43,195 nucleotides of DNA from Conidiobolus incongruus B7586 (Eukaryota), in contig JNEM01010568.1 of the NCBI GenBank assembly GCA_000697335.1, positions 1-43,195 of the forward strand, written 5' to 3'. The notes under the pieces are model-generated. The model ran no database searches. It was not told where the DNA came from and saw only the letters and a program-made list of their open reading frames with translations. Numbering within the stretch: position 1 is the stretch's first letter; the number at the start of each line of letters is the position of its first letter. This document shows positions 37,950-43,195 of the stretch, piece after piece. The translations under genes and the position numbers were made by a program.

Positions 37950-40216
37950 GATTGAATAAATTAAGATAGGATTGATATTAATATATTAACAACAAATTAG
38001 AATGTATTTCTTGAGAATGTTCATCAGAGCTTATATATTAAAATGATATAAGAATTGAAGAAGTGAAAGGATCAACAATCATTTAGCTAAATTTAACTAA
38101 ACTATTTTTACCTGGAGAATTTCGATCGGAAAAATGCTATATTGGTGAAAAATCACATTTTAAATTTGATAATTCAATATAATCATGTTTTAAATTTTAG
38201 TACAAAATTATATTCATCCAATGTGTAGTTATATCTTGACTATTTCAGTTCATGTGGGTACTATAATAATCTGATTATATTTCAATCTATCAGTTATTGA
38301 CTAAATTTAATCAAAACTGTATATTATTTTAAGTTGTTTTGATATAAACATTAAGATAAAAGCATGATTTGCTGTAATATTATAATAGTACCTTAATAAT
38401 ATAGTTGTAGTATTGAAGTATAGTTTAACAATATAAAATATACATTTGATCAATTTTTCTAAAGTAATAAAACTGAAATGATATGGGCTTGATTGAATTA
38501 AAATTAACTAAGGTAAGTGGAGTTTACTGTTGTTGACAATATGATTTTAATCTTATTTTCATTAGTCAAATTCAGTTAAACTTGAAACACTTGACCTTAA
38601 TCTAGTTACATTACAGACTACGTTACCATTATTCGCACTCTATCAGTTATTTTAAATTTGAGTATTTTTACAAAAGTGTAGATATGCCAAATGACACATT
38701 TTGTTAAAAAAATCAATATATTACTCAAACATTAAGAATATTACCACATTTTTGACAATAAATATATCAACTAAACTTGTACAAATTTAGTAATCTCTAT
38801 CAAATACAAAATATTTTCATTTTCATATTTTTAATCATTAAATTTAACTCCTAGTCTAATATGATACGAATAAGGTATAGAATGATAACAATAATATCAA
38901 GGTACTATACTATTAATAAAATCTTACATAAGTTAATACTAAAAAATTTTATATTAATTAATATTTGGTTAAGGTATAGATATTATAGTAATTACCGATA
39001 CTTGGAAATATTATTTTTATTTAATCTAAAAAATGCTTTAGTAAATGGGCTTAGTTGAAAAATATTATATATTATTTAACTCTTAAGATGATAAAATCAG
39101 TTACGCTTACAACATTAATATTATCCCTATTTAGGTGGAAATCATTTTAACTATTTAAATGACTATAATACTTTACCTTACAATAATAAATGGTAAAATC
39201 GTATAGATAATAATTTGATTGGGAAGCTAATATTTTCAACATTTTCAATTTGTGATTAATAGTAATTTATCTCCAAAATTACTAAAATAATATCCTCGAA
39301 ATCTAATTAATAAATAATTATCTAATCTTACAAACATTTTTATAGTATATATGTTGCATTTATATTATCATAGAGTTTTTAAAGCCTCAAGATTGATATG
39401 GACAAAATCATAATTTAATACTTTAATTGACTGATTTTTATATTTAGATTTAATTAAATATCCACAATTTTTTCTACTTTATAATTTCAATTCATACTAA
39501 AATCCAAACAACAACATTTTAATCGTATTGATTCTATACAGTTCTAGAATGATTCATATACTTTCTTCAAAGGCTGATCATAAATATTGAACTAAATAAT
39601 ACAATACAGTTACCATAGTTTAAATTTTAAATCATATATATACCTGTTTATCCATTTAATTCATTCTTATTCAGTAAAGAATATGTGAACAATTCAAAAA
39701 CAAAGATTACAATTATTATCCTAATTATTCAATACATTTCGATACATGTAACTATTTATGAGCTTAAGTTACAATTATCTAATATTTACAGTGATCTTGT
39801 CTCTACATAGCATTCGGAAATATTTGATTTAATTCATATATTAGTATATTTTTTTAATATGAGATATTGAAAATGTTTAGCATAAGTCGTTTTGTAAAAA
39901 TTTGCATCAAAGTATATACACCAAAAATGAAATATATAGGAAGAAATAAAAAGTGATTTTAAATAAACTATAATGTAGTTTTTATAATACATGACTATAT
40001 ATTAATTAATTGTTATAATATTTATATTATAATTATGCTATTGATAATAAAATATTAGTATATTTGATTATAAAAGATTATTAAAATTCAATAATCAGTT
40101 AACCCGATTTATTCTGATCCCATAATGTTTGGAGTTCAAAATTAAATTTATAAACTTGAGTTTGAGATTTGAAAAGATAAACCTTATTATTAAAAAACAT
40201 TTAATATTATTTGAAA

Positions 40217-40578
40217 AGTAAATATAATTATCAACTGTTATTATTGTTATTAATATTAACTAACCTTTTTCTTATTTATTTTTAAATTTTATTAAGTGGG
40301 TAAAAAGTCTAAAGCTAGGTAATTTATAATTTATTGAAAGAATATAATATAATTGTGAAATTAAATTTTCAATCATCTAGAACTATCTTGGTTAAATTAT
40401 TAAGTACTGCCAATACTGGATACTTTTATGTCAGAAGTCGTCCTAGATTAGCTAACAAACTTTCTTTTATGAAATTCGATCCCAAAGGTAAAATTTTAAT
40501 ATATAGGTGATTGACTAAAAATTAATCTTTATATTAGTTAACAAACATGTGTTATTTACCGAACATAAAATCAAATAG
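40217..40578 (+). CDS. MRPL33: Mitochondrial ribosomal protein bL33m, 56 aa. Exons 40217 (A of ATG), 40297-40318, 40381-40487, 40538-40578.
   Basis: Spliced translation [56 protein letters not shown] matches the L33 pattern (VKLxSTAxTGYFY...KFDPxVxKHVLFxE). Not in the ORF track. Confidence 0.92.
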
Positions 40579-41566
40579 AAATATATTAAATATTTATATC
40601 AATATTCACACTTTTTTATATAATAAACTATAGTATTTTTAAATATTTTATTATTTTTCGTATCTAAATTTGAAGTACTGGAGCCTAGATGTTAATGTGT
40701 ATCAAATATATAGCAATCATTATCAAATTACTTAATTATTTCTCTTCTTGACCAAAATTTTATTAGAAACATAATCAATTAAACGATTTTAATAAATATA
40801 TATCTGAAAATAAATACAATTTATCACTAATCATTAATATCATTTTAAACGATAATAAAAATAATTTTATAGTTGATGTAATTAATAGTATGCAAAAAGT
40901 AATTTCTAGAAATATACTGGAGTATTAGTATTCATTTTAAATTTCAAATCACTTTTTTTTCAAAATAATATTTAATGTTTTTAATCAATATTGAAAAAAA
41001 TGTGTACTTATTAGGATTGATCATTTGAATCGCAATTTCTAATATTGGTAATCACAATTAATTATCTTTATTAATATTTTAATTCAAAATATATCTATTT
41101 TTGAATATTTAATAAAGAGTAGTTTGTAAGATATAACATATTACTAAAAAATAAGAAAAAATATATTAGAAAGATTTTATAATTAATATCATATGTTATT
41201 AATGTATTCATATTGTAATTGATGCTTAGAATCTTAAATTGACGGTTTACTTGATAGAAGCGAAATGAAAAATAATTTGAAATTACAGTTTATAAGAATT
41301 ATATAGTACAGGATATTATACATGAGAGTAATATGTTATTAGCTTATTAAATATTGATAAAATAGATGATATTTTTAACTTTAACGTTCATCAAATGTTA
41401 AATATCCTATTTATAACATTATTATTTTTATCAATAATTATTGTAAATCACCTACGAAAAAGTAATCTTCCCATAAAAATGTATTTTTCAATGTAATTGA
41501 ATGAGTACCCTGAATTTTAACTCTTTCATCATATTTTAATATTTATATTTAAATTAAAATTAAAAT

Positions 41567-42206
41567 ATGAGTAATCAAACATCGCCTACTATGCTTAAAG
41601 GGAGAGCTAGATCTAAAACTGTTTCTTCCACAACTGAAGCAAAGCTTTCTAAAAGAGACTCGATTATCAGTTCCCCACAAAACGATTCCGATTCAGCCAC
41701 TCCTCAATCCAATATTGACTCCACTTCCCAATTACCTTTACCGTCTACTCATATACTCTCACCCTCAGAATCTAGTAAACAAAAGGAGAAGCAACTTATT
41801 CAAGATTTATGTAGTGACATGACATCGAAAATTGCGGCATATTTAAAAGGAGAGTTATCATGTAAATTAATTTAATTTTTAACTATTTAATACTTATTTA
41901 TTTATTCATTACTAGTAACTACAAGGGATTTGAATCTATTAACCGAGTTTAATTACCAAACTATTGAACAATATCAAGAACTCTCTCATACGGCTCAAGA
42001 GTTATTAGCTAGCTCTTCAAAAATGCAACAAGCTTGTAAATTAATTTATTCACTCCTTAATCAATTTCAATAACATTAATTAATTGGTATTAGATTCCAA
42101 TTTAATTCCTTATATTAATTATGTAGACCAAGTTTGTCAACAAATTGAATATTTAGAAGTTATAGCTTCCGAATTAGAAGAGTATTCTTTAAATTTAGGT
42201 AATAAA

Positions 42207-42244
<38 letters not shown>

Positions 42245-42381
42245 TTTGAAATTATTAATATTAATTGATTTTATTTTTAATTTTAGAAGAAAAAATTAAA
42301 TTAATTAAAAAAAGAAAAGATATTAAAAAATCTAATAATACTAATATTAATAGTAATCTACAATCTTTTATTAAAAGATAA
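41567..42381 (+). CDS. BLOC1S2: BLOC-1/BORC subunit 2 (BLOS2)-like protein with Ser-rich N-terminal extension, about 204 aa. Exons 41567-41861, 41916-42035, 42094-42198, 42287-42381.
   Basis: DMTSKIAAYLKGEL...DLNLLTEFN...Y...LIPYINYVDQVCQQIEYLEVIASELEEYSLNLEEKIK resembles the BLOC1_2 coiled coil. Three phase-1 introns. Confidence 0.82.
42210..42244. repeat. (TTA)n microsatellite in the last BLOC1S2 intron
   Basis: About 11 consecutive TTA units; they produce the poly-Leu in ORF 42084-42299. Confidence 0.9.
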
Positions 42382-42651
42382 TAACTTACTATTAATTCTA
42401 ATGAAATCAATTGAATCTATGTACATTTTATATTTTGTAATATAAATTAATATTTTTCTCACTTTATTTTATCAATTATTTATTACTATTGTCTATATCT
42501 ATTTTTTTGTAATAAACTACATATCAATTTTTGATATTCATAGTTATTGCAGTTTATTGTGGAAATTTAATGATTATAAGTGGAGTTTTATTGAATAATA
42601 AATAAAATTTACTAAATCATAACAAGTTATAAGGTTAATATACATAGAGGC

Positions 42652-43195
42652 TTAATTTTTGCCAATTTCTGATTCCCAATGTTTAGCTTTTTCAAATCCA
42701 TTTTGGTTGGTTTGATAATCCATGAAAGTTTGGAAAAGTTCGTTGTCTGTATTCATGACGAAAGGTCCTCTCTGAGAAATGGGTTCGTTTAAAGGTTTAC
42801 CAGCAATGAGAACGAAGTGAGCTGGTTCATCCAAAGATTTGACAGAGAGATATGTTGTTTCGCCATCTTTGCCTTGATCAAGTACAACTGTTGTATGAGG
42901 TTTGGCGAGAGTTTCTTCTTGACCAACCTTGATTTGACCAGAGAGTGTGTAGATAAAGGCAGTTTGGAATTCAGATGGAATAGCTTGTTCAACGCTCTTA
43001 TTTGGCTCCATTTTGAAGTCTAAATACATCACAGGAGTCTTGGTACGGACTGGTGAATTAACTCCAAATGATTCACCAGCAATTACTTTGATTTCAATGC
43101 CTTCAGAAGGTTTGACTCTTGGAATATTCACGTCCTTGAGTTCTTGGTAGTTAGGTTCGCACATCTTATCTTTACTCGCAAGATTTACCCAAAAT
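42652..43195 (-). CDS. Pirin (bicupin), C-terminal part; the 5' end lies beyond the window
   Basis: WVNLASKDKMCEPNYQEL, IKVIAGES, SPVRTKTPVMYLDF and FVLIAGKPLNEPISQRGPFVMNT...DYQ..NGFE.A..W.S. Confidence 0.95.
   Translation of the reverse strand, partial: FWVNLASKDKMCEPNYQELKDVNIPRVKPSEGIEIKVIAGESFGVNSPVRTKTPVMYLDFKMEPNKSVEQAIPSEFQTAFIYTLSGQIKVGQEETLAKPHTTVVLDQGKDGETTYLSVKSLDEPAHFVLIAGKPLNEPISQRGPFVMNTDNELFQTFMDYQTNQNGFEKAKHWESEIGKN

Noticed and set aside
42199..42299. Poly-Leu transmembrane-like tail in ORF 42084-42299
   Set aside because: It is read-through into an intronic (TTA)n microsatellite.

Overview
This is very AT-rich eukaryotic DNA with short GT-AG introns (about 45-90 nt). The gene set (complex I subunits, BLOC-1 subunit 2, UBE2T, ZIP transporter, SH3-RasGEF) fits an early-diverging fungus; that taxonomic placement is an inference. 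I reconstructed 14 protein-coding genes by hand-splicing: an Lsi2/ArsB-like transporter, NDUFV2, a ZIP zinc transporter, adenylylsulfate kinase, a long-tailed UBE2T, U1A/U2B'', NDUFB7, prephenate/arogenate dehydratase, an F-box/RCC1 protein, a Cdc25-like RasGEF, a secreted Gly/Asp/His-rich protein with two RGD motifs, mitochondrial L33 (absent from the ORF track, with its start codon apparently split by an intron), BLOC1S2 and a partial pirin. A tRNA-Ala(AGC) and a U6 snRNA with an extra 3' hairpin are also present. The most interesting unexplained element is a structured island at about 6800-7170. In order, it shows a TTAGGG-type template (CCCTAACC), a helix closing just 5' of it, a U-rich/A-rich pseudoknot-like region and a CR4/5-like three-way junction with a P6.1-like hairpin. 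It is therefore a candidate telomerase RNA gene. This rests on manual folding only and is unverified.
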